Below, piece after piece: positions 28,639-40,517 of a stretch of DNA of 64,000 nucleotides (positions are counted from its first letter, which is position 1; every line of letters begins with the position of its first letter). Location: contig CAVTNB010000001.1 in the NCBI GenBank assembly GCA_963736005.1, positions 1,728,001 through 1,792,000 of the forward strand, written 5' to 3'. The position numbers and the translations under genes are program-made. A model generated the notes under the pieces. The model made no database searches. It saw only the letters and a list, made by a program, of their open reading frames with translations, and was not told where the DNA came from. The stretch is from an uncultured Pseudomonadota bacterium (lineage in GTDB: Bacteria > Vulcanimicrobiota > Vulcanimicrobiia > Eremiobacterales > Eremiobacteraceae).

Positions 28639-30023
28639 GATCCCCCCGAACCGGATGCTTGCGGTGTTGCGGTTGTGGTTTGGAGCGCGCTTAATGCCTT
28701 TGATACTTGATCCGTCACGTTGATGGCAGAACCAGCGCCGCGCACGCTGGTCAGCACGACGGCGATTCCGTCCTTGCGCGCAATGTCTTGTACCTGGGCG
28801 GTAATCTGATCGACGATCTTTTGATACAGGTCCCGCCGCTCGGCCGCGACCTTGTCAGCTTGCGCAGAAAGAGCTTCATTGTCTTGAAACTGCACATGGG
28901 CGATCGAACTGTACTTGGCGACCAAAGCGGCTCGTGTTGCCTCGTAGGCAGTCGTTGCCCGGCTGGCCTCTGCGACATAGCCGGATTGCATTTGGTCGTG
29001 GACGCTTTGTGCTTGGGCTTGATACTTCGGATTGTTTGCGAGTTTTTGATTCACAACGTTTAACTGCTGCTGGAACTTGCCGTTGAGAGCGACCAGTTGC
29101 GGCTGCATCTGCGTTTGCACGTCTTTTTGGCGCGCGACGAGTTTGGCTTGCGTAGCGTCCTGGGTTGCCTTGCGCTCTGCTTCATAGCGGGTGGAAGCTT
29201 GAGCTTGCAACTGCTTGGTGTACTGGGCGAGTTGCGCATTGTCGCGGGACTTCATTGCATCGATCTTCGCCTGCTCGTTTTGTTCGATCGTCTGCAGTTG
29301 CGCATTGTCCTGGGCTCGCTCTTTGTCGGACAGCGCGAGATCTTGCAATTTGGCCTGCAAGTTGAGCTTTTGTTCCTGATCGGCTTTCACAACGCCAACC
29401 TGATACTGCGTCTCTTGGGTTGAAAGCTGGGACGCCCGAAGCGCGAGTTTGCCTCGCACGTCGGCGGCGAGCAACTGTTGCACGTTGCGCAAATGATCGG
29501 CATCCTGCTTGAAAAGTGCGTTGCGATAGTTGTTGAGCGTCGAGAAGGCCTCTTGCTGCATGGCTTTGGCCTGCGAACCGAATTGCTGCTGCAATCCCCC
29601 CAGCACGCCACCCGTGTCGGGGTTTGCCCCAAGCGTGGTTGCCTGCAACTGGCTGATGGCTTGCGCTTCTTTTTGCTCGTAGTAGGTGCGGCGCGCCGAA
29701 AGGTCGGCCTGAAACGTTGTGGCGGCCGCCGACAGCTCATTTTGCATTTGATTGTAGGCAGCGGTTTGCTGTGCCGTCATGTCGGTGGGCTGAAGCGATG
29801 ACTCCTGTTGCAGGAGCGTAATTTGATCTTGCATCGCTTGCAGCTGTGCGTGCAGCGGATGCACCGCCACGACCGCGTCGATGTCCACGTATCCAACCGA
29901 CCCCCCGGCCTGCGGCGAGCCGAGTCCCAAGAGGCCGCCGCCGGCCCGGTGACCGCAGCTGGAAAGACCGAACGCCACTGCAACCAGCAGTGCACCCACA
30001 CGGGAAGCCGTACCCACTGTCAT
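28635..30023 (-). CDS. Long Gln-rich coiled-coil Skp/OmpH-like lipoprotein
   Basis: ATG 30023, LSSC lipobox, VGYVDID..V..HP head, long Q/A-rich helices, IARKDGIAVVL...NVTDQV tail. Confidence 0.72.
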   Translation of the reverse strand: MTVGTASRVGALLVAVAFGLSSCGHRAGGGLLGLGSPQAGGSVGYVDIDAVVAVHPLHAQLQAMQDQITLLQQESSLQPTDMTAQQTAAYNQMQNELSAAATTFQADLSARRTYYEQKEAQAISQLQATTLGANPDTGGVLGGLQQQFGSQAKAMQQEAFSTLNNYRNALFKQDADHLRNVQQLLAADVRGKLALRASQLSTQETQYQVGVVKADQEQKLNLQAKLQDLALSDKERAQDNAQLQTIEQNEQAKIDAMKSRDNAQLAQYTKQLQAQASTRYEAERKATQDATQAKLVARQKDVQTQMQPQLVALNGKFQQQLNVVNQKLANNPKYQAQAQSVHDQMQSGYVAEASRATTAYEATRAALVAKYSSIAHVQFQDNEALSAQADKVAAERRDLYQKIVDQITAQVQDIARKDGIAVVLTSVRGAGSAINVTDQVSKALSALQTTTATPQASGSGGS

Positions 30024-30031
30024 GCTCGTTG

Positions 30032-30832
30032 TTACTGCAGCGCTTTCACGACATCTGCCGTTACGTCGGTGCCGCCATACACTCGGTTGCTCGCATCGAT
30101 GACAAGCAGCAGGTGCTTGTCCTTTGCGACGCTCGCAATCGCTGCGTTGGTCGAGTCGATCACGGGTTGCAGCACCTTTTTTTGCTCGGCGTCCAGTTGG
30201 CTGTTGAAACTCGTCGTGATCTGCGCGCGCTGGTCCGCGCTCTTGCCTCTCAGTTGCGCTTCGAGCTGCGCGGCGAGCGTCTGACGGAACGCCAAAAAGT
30301 CGTCGTTGGCTTTTTTCACCTTCGGCTGCTGATCGAGTTGCGTTTGATCGACGTAGCCCACGGCCGACGGCGGCGGCGAGTTGACGGGCGGCAGCACGGG
30401 TCCCGGCTGGTTGAGCATGGAGATCACGTCCTGGGTGATATCGAGCCCGCCATAGATGACGATCGTCTTGTCGACAACAACCGAGAGCCCGCGATTGGCT
30501 GCGACCGATGCGATGGCGGCCTGAGCGCGACCGAGCAGCGGACCAAACAGCTCGCGCTGCTTTTGCGCCGCTTGGCCGTTGAAAGTTTGATAGATCTGCT
30601 GCTGTTGCGCCGGGGTCTTGCCTTTGATGGCCGCTTGAAACTGCTGCGCCAGGCTGCGTTGATATTGCGCGAACTCTTGTTGCGCCGCGACGAACGGCCC
30701 GAGTTGGCCGAGCGCAGACTGATCGACGAAGCCGATATCGGAGATGTCCGTAGCGAGCACTTGCGGCGTAAAACACAAGAACAACGCGAGCACGATTGCC
30801 GCGACGCCGGGAGTGCGATGGAACCAAACCAT
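30032..30832 (-). CDS. Skp/OmpH protein with two tandem domains
   Basis: Signal peptide; two repeats (IGFVDQ...YGGLDITQDV and VGYVDQ...YGGTDVTADV) joined by a Pro-rich linker. Confidence 0.85.
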   Translation of the reverse strand: MVWFHRTPGVAAIVLALFLCFTPQVLATDISDIGFVDQSALGQLGPFVAAQQEFAQYQRSLAQQFQAAIKGKTPAQQQQIYQTFNGQAAQKQRELFGPLLGRAQAAIASVAANRGLSVVVDKTIVIYGGLDITQDVISMLNQPGPVLPPVNSPPPSAVGYVDQTQLDQQPKVKKANDDFLAFRQTLAAQLEAQLRGKSADQRAQITTSFNSQLDAEQKKVLQPVIDSTNAAIASVAKDKHLLLVIDASNRVYGGTDVTADVVKALQ

Positions 30833-30849
30833 GTGGGTGCCTTTCCTTG

Positions 30850-33069
30850 TTAGAACGATTGTCCGATGCCGAACGATGTGTGCGATCCTTGGTTGCCGAC
30901 GGCAAAATCGATACGGATGACTTGCGGCAGCAGCGGCGTCTGGACGCGAATGCCGATGCCGAAGTCGGTCTGGAATTGGATAGGAGCATTCACGTAGGTG
31001 ACGGCCAGCGGTGCCGGAGTGAAGAACGGCGCGTGGGGACCGCCCGGTGGTATTGGGGTTGGCGCCGGTGATGGCCCCAGGACGGGGGTAATGTACGGCG
31101 CATCGCCCGAGTCGGCGAACAGGGCAATGCCGAACTTCTTGTCGCTCGTCACGGGGATCCGCAATTCGGCTTGCGCAAGCACCTCGCGATTGCCGTAGTA
31201 GATGAACTTGGTGCCGCGAAGCTGCTGATCGGAGAGACTGAACAAGTCGTTGTACGGCAACGAATTAGGTCCGCCGGACGCGAAACCATAGTTGAGGTGC
31301 AGCGCGAAGCTCGAGTGACGTCTCACCGGCCAAAAGTGCGAGTAGTCAACATCGGCCTTGCCGAAATTGTAGTCTGAGCCAAAAGCGTGCAGCGACAGCT
31401 CGTCTGAGAAGCTGGCAGTACCGCCGTGCCGCGGGTTTGTGACGTCATCGCGGTTATCTTTGAAGATAGCCGGCGTGATGCTGCGCAGCGAGGTTGAGCC
31501 AAGCTGGTTTGTCGTTCCGGTCGTGCCTTGAATATTCGCCCCTTGCAAGGCAAGGAACGCCTGCGGGAAACCGGCCGCGGTGACGTCCTGGAACAGGCGC
31601 GTCGACGTGAGCCCGATATTCAAGCGTGTCCAGTCTGCTACCGGATGACCAAAGCTAATGGAAAAACCGGCGCTGCGTGCGGTGTAATCGGCGACTTGGT
31701 TGGTACACGGGCTGCCATTAGATGGACACGGACCGCCGCTAATGGTCGTGGACGTGCTCGTGCCAAGCGACGTGTTGATCGAGGGTGCGGTGGGAGTCAG
31801 CGAATAAAACGGGTTGTTCCCTGGAATTTTGTATACCGGACGCGGCTGGTTGGTTTGCAAATTGTTGAATATGTTGAAGCTCAGCGAATCTGCTTTGAAC
31901 TTGTGAATGTACGGGATGCCGATGCCAAAATTGACGTTGCTGAAGAACTGGCCCTTTTGCAGATTGACGGACGCGCTGTTCCCCGTGCCTCCTAAATTAT
32001 TCTGAGAAAAAGAGAGGCCGAAGCCGAATCCCTGGCCGAATTGCCCGCCGCCTCCATAACTGACGTTGACGCCGGCGGTGCCATTGCGCTGCTCGGTCAC
32101 CGTCCACACAAGCGTGAGATACCCGCACTTCGTTCCAAACGGCTTCGTGGCCAAATCGACCGACTTGAAGAACTGGGTGTTGTAGATCGCTTCGTAGTCG
32201 CGCCGCAGGCCCGAGTCTGAGACCAGATCGCCTGGATGCATGCGCAAGAGCCGCCGGATGACGTAATCCTTGGTGACGCTGTTCCCCGCGACTTCGATCG
32301 CCCCAATTCTCGCTTCGCAAATCGTCACGTCGACGACGCCCGGATGATCGACTTCAGGAGCGCCATCCACCACCGCGGAGAGGCCGGCATTCTTGTAGAT
32401 GTCCGAGATGCTGTTGAGGTCCTGGTTGAAGACGTCGCCTGAGAACACCGTACCGGGCTGCGTTTTCATACCCTTCTGGAGGAGCGGCGTTGGGAACACG
32501 TGGTTTCCGGAGAAGTTGACAGCCGTAACGGTGACGCCTTCTTTGACCGCAATGTTCACGGCACCCGAAGAATCGATCTTGATATCTTGCACGTGACGCG
32601 TGCCGATGTAGCCCAGCTTGTCGTAGTACGAATTAATTTTTTGTACGTCGTCGCGCAAGGTGTTGGTATTGAGCACGGAGCCGATGGTCGTGTCCATGAG
32701 CGCGAGGAGCACGTCGGACGAGACCTCCTTGTTCCCGGAAAACGCGAGCTTGCTCACGACTGGATTTTCCACCACGATATAGGACACGGCAACCCCGCCG
32801 GGCGTCGCGTGGATATCTGTCTTGACGTCGGTAAAGTAACCCAAGCCTAAGATGGCCTGTTGGTCGGCGGCAACCTGCTTGTTATCGAGCGGCAGGCCTG
32901 GCTGCACGCGCACGACCGCGGCGATTCGATCCGTCGGGACGTGACTATTTCCGCGGATGTTGACCGCGGTAACGACTGGCTGCGGCGCTGCAGTGGTCGT
33001 TAGCCCGCACGCGAGTGCGAGCACGGCGACGGCCACCGCTGCAAGGGCGAGTCGCAACGGCTTAGACAA
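30850..33069 (-). CDS. bamA: Omp85/BamA outer-membrane assembly factor with about three POTRA domains
   Basis: POTRA repeats (GN...V.E), DNRDD..NP..G, LRG, ELRIP, G.GIR, IRIDFA, C-terminal IGQSF. Confidence 0.92.
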   Translation of the reverse strand: MSKPLRLALAAVAVAVLALACGLTTTAAPQPVVTAVNIRGNSHVPTDRIAAVVRVQPGLPLDNKQVAADQQAILGLGYFTDVKTDIHATPGGVAVSYIVVENPVVSKLAFSGNKEVSSDVLLALMDTTIGSVLNTNTLRDDVQKINSYYDKLGYIGTRHVQDIKIDSSGAVNIAVKEGVTVTAVNFSGNHVFPTPLLQKGMKTQPGTVFSGDVFNQDLNSISDIYKNAGLSAVVDGAPEVDHPGVVDVTICEARIGAIEVAGNSVTKDYVIRRLLRMHPGDLVSDSGLRRDYEAIYNTQFFKSVDLATKPFGTKCGYLTLVWTVTEQRNGTAGVNVSYGGGGQFGQGFGFGLSFSQNNLGGTGNSASVNLQKGQFFSNVNFGIGIPYIHKFKADSLSFNIFNNLQTNQPRPVYKIPGNNPFYSLTPTAPSINTSLGTSTSTTISGGPCPSNGSPCTNQVADYTARSAGFSISFGHPVADWTRLNIGLTSTRLFQDVTAAGFPQAFLALQGANIQGTTGTTNQLGSTSLRSITPAIFKDNRDDVTNPRHGGTASFSDELSLHAFGSDYNFGKADVDYSHFWPVRRHSSFALHLNYGFASGGPNSLPYNDLFSLSDQQLRGTKFIYYGNREVLAQAELRIPVTSDKKFGIALFADSGDAPYITPVLGPSPAPTPIPPGGPHAPFFTPAPLAVTYVNAPIQFQTDFGIGIRVQTPLLPQVIRIDFAVGNQGSHTSFGIGQSF

Positions 33070-33207
33070 TGGTGGAATTGCTCCTCAAGTGCCTCGGTCC
33101 GGGAACCCCCGCCCGAGGGAGCAGTTGGGTTGCATCATGTGGCCGGGGAACGGGACGTTCTGTTCCGATGCTTTGGATGCGATTCCTGCCCGCCGGTGCG
33201 CTGCCGC

Positions 33208-36200
33208 TCAGCGGAATGTGTAGCGAAGATTGAAGACGGTGGTGTAGAGGGCATAGTCCGGTCGAGATGTCTGTAAGACATCGAGCGCGAGATAATCTTG
33301 CAACCGATACGACACGCCGTACGCTGTGGTCACGGGCACGCTGAACGACGATTGATACACAGCTGAGACCGACGGCGTGAATCGCGTGCGCAATTCCAGC
33401 GCAAGGTCGCCATATTGGTTGAAGATGAGCGAAATCGATTCGATGTTTAATTCCGAAGCGAGCGCGGACTCGACCGGATAGAGCAAACTGCGCGTCAGCT
33501 GTGCGTTGAAATAGCTCTGCGCTGTCTGCACGAGCGTCGCTTGCGCTTGACTCGGATTCGAACTCGTCAGGGCGGCTACTTGAGGTGCGTGCAGCAGCGT
33601 GGCGATGATCTCGTCGCGCGACATCGACGGGTTCGACTCGAGATCGGTGTTCAAATTGTCGACGCGCCCCGACACGGTGAGCGTAATCTGCGCACCACTG
33701 ACATTGGTGACCGCAGTCGCGTTGAGCGTCGGCAACAGACCCGACGTTGGATCGAAGGTGACCGTTCCAGAAATCAGCCGGAACGTCGTGTCAAAGTAGC
33801 CGACTTGGCCACGGATTGCTTGGAATTGGCCCGAAAGGGAAGGCGACTGCAAATTCCCCGCGATCACAATGCCGCCGGTCGTCGTCAGATCGATCGAGCT
33901 GCCACCGCGAATGCGTACGTTGTTGTTGGCGTTGAGGCCAACGTTCATATCCACGGAAGGCAACGAAAATCCGGTTGGGGCCGGCGTTGGCCGACCAATG
34001 GTGGTGAGCGTGTGGCTGAGTGGACCCCACAAACCGCCGCCGTAGACGATCGTGTGACCCGGCCGCAAGGGAGGCACGCCTGGTGCTTGCGCCGTTTCCG
34101 GCGCCTTCACTGCACCGCCTTGCGCCAGCGCGTCGATGGCCGAAAACGGGATCGTCGCGTTGGAAATTCCCACCGTCCCCGCGACGTACGGCGTCGGGCC
34201 GGATCGCGTGAAGCTCAACTGGCCGTTGACATTTCCAGAGATCCAATTGGGGACGTTGACTTGCGTGTTGTGGAGCGACACGCGCGACCACAACTGGAGA
34301 CCTGCGTACGAACGTAGGCCGACGGCCGGCACGATGTGGGCTGCGCCTTGCACGTCGACGGAACCCGACCCAACCGTGCCGTGGAGATGTTGTAAGGTAA
34401 TGGTATCATTCTCGAAGCTCGCATCTGCGCTCGCGTCCGTGACGGGAACGGTTTGCAGTGGTGAATGCACCGAAGCACCACTGATGCGAGCGGTACCTTT
34501 GCCCACGGGATCGCCCGCCGTGCCGCTAATCGTTGCCTGCGCGTCGAGCTTGCCTTCGAGGGTGGCGAAGCGCTTCGTCACCGGGTCGAGCACGCTCAGG
34601 TCCATGCCTTCGACGGACATGGCGAAGTCAACACGTCGATCCTTGGGCCCGAGGGCGAGTGGGTGCAGCTGAACGGGTAGATTCCCCCTGACGCTGAGAC
34701 GTCCGCCCTTGCCTGCAAAAGTAATCGACGTGTCGCCGATGCTCACGTCACCCGGGTCGTATTGCGCGTGCAGGACGGCTTCATCAAATGCCACATCGTA
34801 AAAGCTCCCCGTTGTTGCGTCCACATCTGCGACTGCTCTCGGACGAGAGAGCGATCCGGAAACAGTCACATGGCCGGTTGCGTGACCGTGGAGCGATCCG
34901 GGGAGACGCAAGGTCGTGGCGAGGGTTGCAAGATGTGGAGCCTGCACGGAGGCATTTCCAGCGATGCGCTGTCCGGCAAACCCGAAGCTGCCAGACCCAA
35001 GCGCCGTCAAGAAAGGAAGCTTCAGCGTGCCTGCGGTGAGGGTCATGCCTGCATCGTCGACGCTGAGCTTGCCTGAGAATTCTTCGATTTGTATGCGACG
35101 CAAATAGCCGTCGTGGAGCGCGAAGGATGCGCTGCCTGTTGGCTTGTGCAGCGTTCCACGCATCGTGCCATCTGCATCGAGGAGACCTGAAAGGCCAAGA
35201 TTCTCCTGATGGAAGAGCGGCAATGCTTCATCGACAGCAAGACTGCGCACGTGCGCCCGTACGTGGTACCGGGCCGTTGCAAAATCAGGCAGGCCGGCCC
35301 GATATCTCGTGAATCCAACACTTCCCGCGAGGCGCATCGAGCCGCCCGGCCCCTTTTGATCGATGACCGCGTGCAGTCCGCTGCGCCGCGACGTCGAGAA
35401 GGCCGTTTGGATGTGACCAAGCGGATAGCCGCGCAGCGCCGCGTTGTCGAGCAGCGCGTCTCCGCTCGCGGAGAGTCCATTGCCTTGCGAAGCCAGCCGA
35501 ACGTCGAACGATCCGGTCCCGGCAAAAATATCGGCGCCGCCAAAGAAATCATTGAAGTCGCTCATATCGACGTGCGGGCTCTTTGCGACAACCGAGAAAC
35601 GTCGAGCTGCCTCATCGGCATCCAAAGCGAAGAGCGAGCTGCCCAATTCGACGGTACCGCCAGAGAGATGCGCCTCTCCGGGCAAAATGCGCATCGAGCC
35701 GTGGAGTGCGTTGAACGCGACACCGCGGATCGTGCCGATGTCCGTGTCGATGTGGCCGTTCACTTTTGGCTGCGACAGTTGGCCAGCGATGCGCGCCTCG
35801 GCACTGTACGAGCCAGTGATCGGGGCACCGCTACCCGTAAAGCGATTCAATGCCCTCAGATCGCCTTCGCGAACTCGAACATCCAACGCCAGCGCTGCAC
35901 GCGAAGTTGACGAACCGGGCCTCACGCCCGAAACGTTGCCATTGATCGTCAGCTGGTTGCCTTCGAGAGCAATGCGGCTTGCGTTGGAGCGCAGCGTCCC
36001 GGCAGCATAGCGGACGTCCAGATCTCCATCGTACGGTATCGCGTTATAGGAACCGCGCACTGTCGCTGCCGCGCTCACCTGCGGCGCATTGCTGGCGCCC
36101 TGCATCGTTGCAAAACCCGATGCGGTGCCATGCGCGCCGCGGAGTCCAAAAGATTGGAGTTGCGCGAGATCGAGGCTTGGCACAACGGCATCGACGGAAC

Positions 36201-38427
36201 CTGTCGGCACTCCGCCACCAGGCAGCCGTGCGAGAGTTCCAAAGGCCCAGATACCGCCGCCCGGAACGATCACGTCGGCGAGCACCGAAGTCGAGGCCAA
36301 AGACGTGTCGACGAAAGCTGAGCTACTTCGCACCGGTAGGCTTGCGACGGATGCGTCGGCGCTGTTCACGTGCGCCCCGCCGATCCAATGATGATCTGCG
36401 TACGCTGCGGCAAACGTGCCCGAGGTTATGCCGCGTGGATGCAGGCTCGGAAAAGCGGGCGCCACGGCTGACAAATTCGCCGTCGCGTCGCCGGCGAGAA
36501 CCGCCGACCTCAGCGCGAAGTTCGGTTCGAACACCACTTCGCCGCGTGCGCTCGCCGTGGCAGCTGGACCGGACACCGTTGCACTTGCAATGCGGACGCT
36601 GCTACTGTTGCCGGCTGCCAGCAGCTCCGCGCGTCCGAGATCGACGCCATCGTACACGACTCTTGTGGCGCGCATGTTGATCCCGATATCTGGCTGGGGC
36701 GCGGTGCGCGAGGGCCCTACGATGAACGCTTCCCCTTCTACGGTTGTATCTAATGAGGGAAGGGCAACCGGTGGGCCGACGATGTCCGCGAACGAGGTTC
36801 GTCCGTTATGGATATGGAGGGGCAGGTGAGATGCGATGAGCACGCCGGACCATGCGTTGGGCGGACCAAACGTGCGCTGCGCCCAGACAAATCCATCGCC
36901 ACCGTCTACTTGGTAGAGCAGCGGGCCAAGCGAAACGCTTTGCGGACCTCCACCGAAGAATGTGCGGATCGAAGCCCGCGCAGGCCCGATGACTTGCGCA
37001 TAACCGTCCCCGCTCAAGTGCGCGACGGGGCCAGTGAAGGACGCCATCCCCTGCGCGACGCCATTTTGAATCACGTTTGCAACGACCGGAATCGTTCCCG
37101 CTGGCGCGACCGCCACAACGGTGCCTTGCGTGCTCACGTGCGCAGAGCTCAGATCGAAGTCGGCTTGCGACCAAAACTTGGCACCCTCGGACGCAACATC
37201 GAGCGCGGATGCCGTCACATGTTCTTGGCGGTAGTAAAACGAGCCGCGCACGGAGGGAAAATGCGCTATGGCGTATCGCGCATTCCCTAATCGCACGACA
37301 CCGGACACCCGGATATCGCTGGGTGGCCCCTCAACTCGGATCGCTACGAACACCTGACCTTCCAAGTCTTGAGGCTTTGTAAAAGCCAGCAAGCGTTTGG
37401 CTTGTTCGAGGTGGCCTTGCTGCTGGGCCTCGATCATGAGCCGCGTACCGCCGAATAACTGCACCGCCCCTTGCGCTAACAATGGTATGCCTGCGGCAAA
37501 CCCGCGCGCGCGACCGACGGAGAGCAACCCGTCTTGGAAATGAAGATCGCAGACGAGGTCCTGAATCGGAACGATCAGGGGGGTGACATGCACTTGTCCA
37601 TCGCGCACCCTGGCGTCGGCGCCGAGGTGCCATTGTTGTGCCTCACCTGGACCGTAGCCAATGGCATACGCCTGCATGCGAATCGTTGCTATGCCGCCTT
37701 GGATAATGAATGCCGGCGAGGGTACGAAAGCGTCGAAGATTGGAGCGATCGGCACTGCGTCGCCCGCCAAGGTCGCGCGCGCAAAAGAGATCCGATCGTT
37801 TTCGAACAGCGTTGCACGAAGCGGAGCCTTACCCATTTTGGTTTGCAACAGGGCCGAAAGCCGCCCGCGGCTTTGCGCGAGTTTATCAAAGTCGACGATG
37901 CTCTCGATTCCGGTGAGCGCAAAAGACTTGCCGGCTTCGTTGACCGCTTGCGGATCGATGACGTCGATCTCACCATGGATAACCGCGATGTGCACGCGCA
38001 GCGGCAGTGCGGCCGGGTTCGGCGCGCCCCCACCATGCGGCAAGAGCCCTGCGAAGTTCCAAGACCCGTCGCTGCGGCGGCGAAGCGCAACTAGCGGTTG
38101 GTCTACCTCGACCGAGTGCAAGCCGAACAGCCGATCGCTGCGGCCGATGAGCCCGGCGGGTTCGATATCGACCACCAGCCTCTTGGCTGCCAAAAATTCT
38201 TCTCCGCGGTCATCGTCGATCCGCAGATTGGTTATGGTGAGTGTGTGATTGGCGAAGGTGATGACACCGCTTGCGAAGTGGTAGCCGCGCTCCCAGACAA
38301 TGACGCGAAACGCAAGACCAAGCACGCTCGGTCGCGTGGCGGGGATTGCGAGCAGCAGGGCCGCGAGCGCGACGACTGAGACGATCAGAGCACCCGCGAT
38401 GAGGATTGCTTTTCCGAGCCGGCGCAT
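33208..38427 (-). CDS. tamB: TamB/AsmA-like translocation and assembly protein
   Basis: About 1740 aa, N-terminal TM, beta-taco repeats, C-terminal L.SNP.MS.DEII..L motif; upstream of Omp85. Confidence 0.88.
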   Translation of the reverse strand: MRRLGKAILIAGALIVSVVALAALLLAIPATRPSVLGLAFRVIVWERGYHFASGVITFANHTLTITNLRIDDDRGEEFLAAKRLVVDIEPAGLIGRSDRLFGLHSVEVDQPLVALRRRSDGSWNFAGLLPHGGGAPNPAALPLRVHIAVIHGEIDVIDPQAVNEAGKSFALTGIESIVDFDKLAQSRGRLSALLQTKMGKAPLRATLFENDRISFARATLAGDAVPIAPIFDAFVPSPAFIIQGGIATIRMQAYAIGYGPGEAQQWHLGADARVRDGQVHVTPLIVPIQDLVCDLHFQDGLLSVGRARGFAAGIPLLAQGAVQLFGGTRLMIEAQQQGHLEQAKRLLAFTKPQDLEGQVFVAIRVEGPPSDIRVSGVVRLGNARYAIAHFPSVRGSFYYRQEHVTASALDVASEGAKFWSQADFDLSSAHVSTQGTVVAVAPAGTIPVVANVIQNGVAQGMASFTGPVAHLSGDGYAQVIGPARASIRTFFGGGPQSVSLGPLLYQVDGGDGFVWAQRTFGPPNAWSGVLIASHLPLHIHNGRTSFADIVGPPVALPSLDTTVEGEAFIVGPSRTAPQPDIGINMRATRVVYDGVDLGRAELLAAGNSSSVRIASATVSGPAATASARGEVVFEPNFALRSAVLAGDATANLSAVAPAFPSLHPRGITSGTFAAAYADHHWIGGAHVNSADASVASLPVRSSSAFVDTSLASTSVLADVIVPGGGIWAFGTLARLPGGGVPTGSVDAVVPSLDLAQLQSFGLRGAHGTASGFATMQGASNAPQVSAAATVRGSYNAIPYDGDLDVRYAAGTLRSNASRIALEGNQLTINGNVSGVRPGSSTSRAALALDVRVREGDLRALNRFTGSGAPITGSYSAEARIAGQLSQPKVNGHIDTDIGTIRGVAFNALHGSMRILPGEAHLSGGTVELGSSLFALDADEAARRFSVVAKSPHVDMSDFNDFFGGADIFAGTGSFDVRLASQGNGLSASGDALLDNAALRGYPLGHIQTAFSTSRRSGLHAVIDQKGPGGSMRLAGSVGFTRYRAGLPDFATARYHVRAHVRSLAVDEALPLFHQENLGLSGLLDADGTMRGTLHKPTGSASFALHDGYLRRIQIEEFSGKLSVDDAGMTLTAGTLKLPFLTALGSGSFGFAGQRIAGNASVQAPHLATLATTLRLPGSLHGHATGHVTVSGSLSRPRAVADVDATTGSFYDVAFDEAVLHAQYDPGDVSIGDTSITFAGKGGRLSVRGNLPVQLHPLALGPKDRRVDFAMSVEGMDLSVLDPVTKRFATLEGKLDAQATISGTAGDPVGKGTARISGASVHSPLQTVPVTDASADASFENDTITLQHLHGTVGSGSVDVQGAAHIVPAVGLRSYAGLQLWSRVSLHNTQVNVPNWISGNVNGQLSFTRSGPTPYVAGTVGISNATIPFSAIDALAQGGAVKAPETAQAPGVPPLRPGHTIVYGGGLWGPLSHTLTTIGRPTPAPTGFSLPSVDMNVGLNANNNVRIRGGSSIDLTTTGGIVIAGNLQSPSLSGQFQAIRGQVGYFDTTFRLISGTVTFDPTSGLLPTLNATAVTNVSGAQITLTVSGRVDNLNTDLESNPSMSRDEIIATLLHAPQVAALTSSNPSQAQATLVQTAQSYFNAQLTRSLLYPVESALASELNIESISLIFNQYGDLALELRTRFTPSVSAVYQSSFSVPVTTAYGVSYRLQDYLALDVLQTSRPDYALYTTVFNLRYTFR

Positions 38428-38485
38428 GTGGTTACCCTTATTCCCCACCGGGTGCACCAAACCCAGGATTTCCACTTAAATGTCG

Positions 38486-40495
<2,010 letters not shown>

Positions 40496-40517
40496 AAATC
40501 GCAGAGAATTCGTCGTG

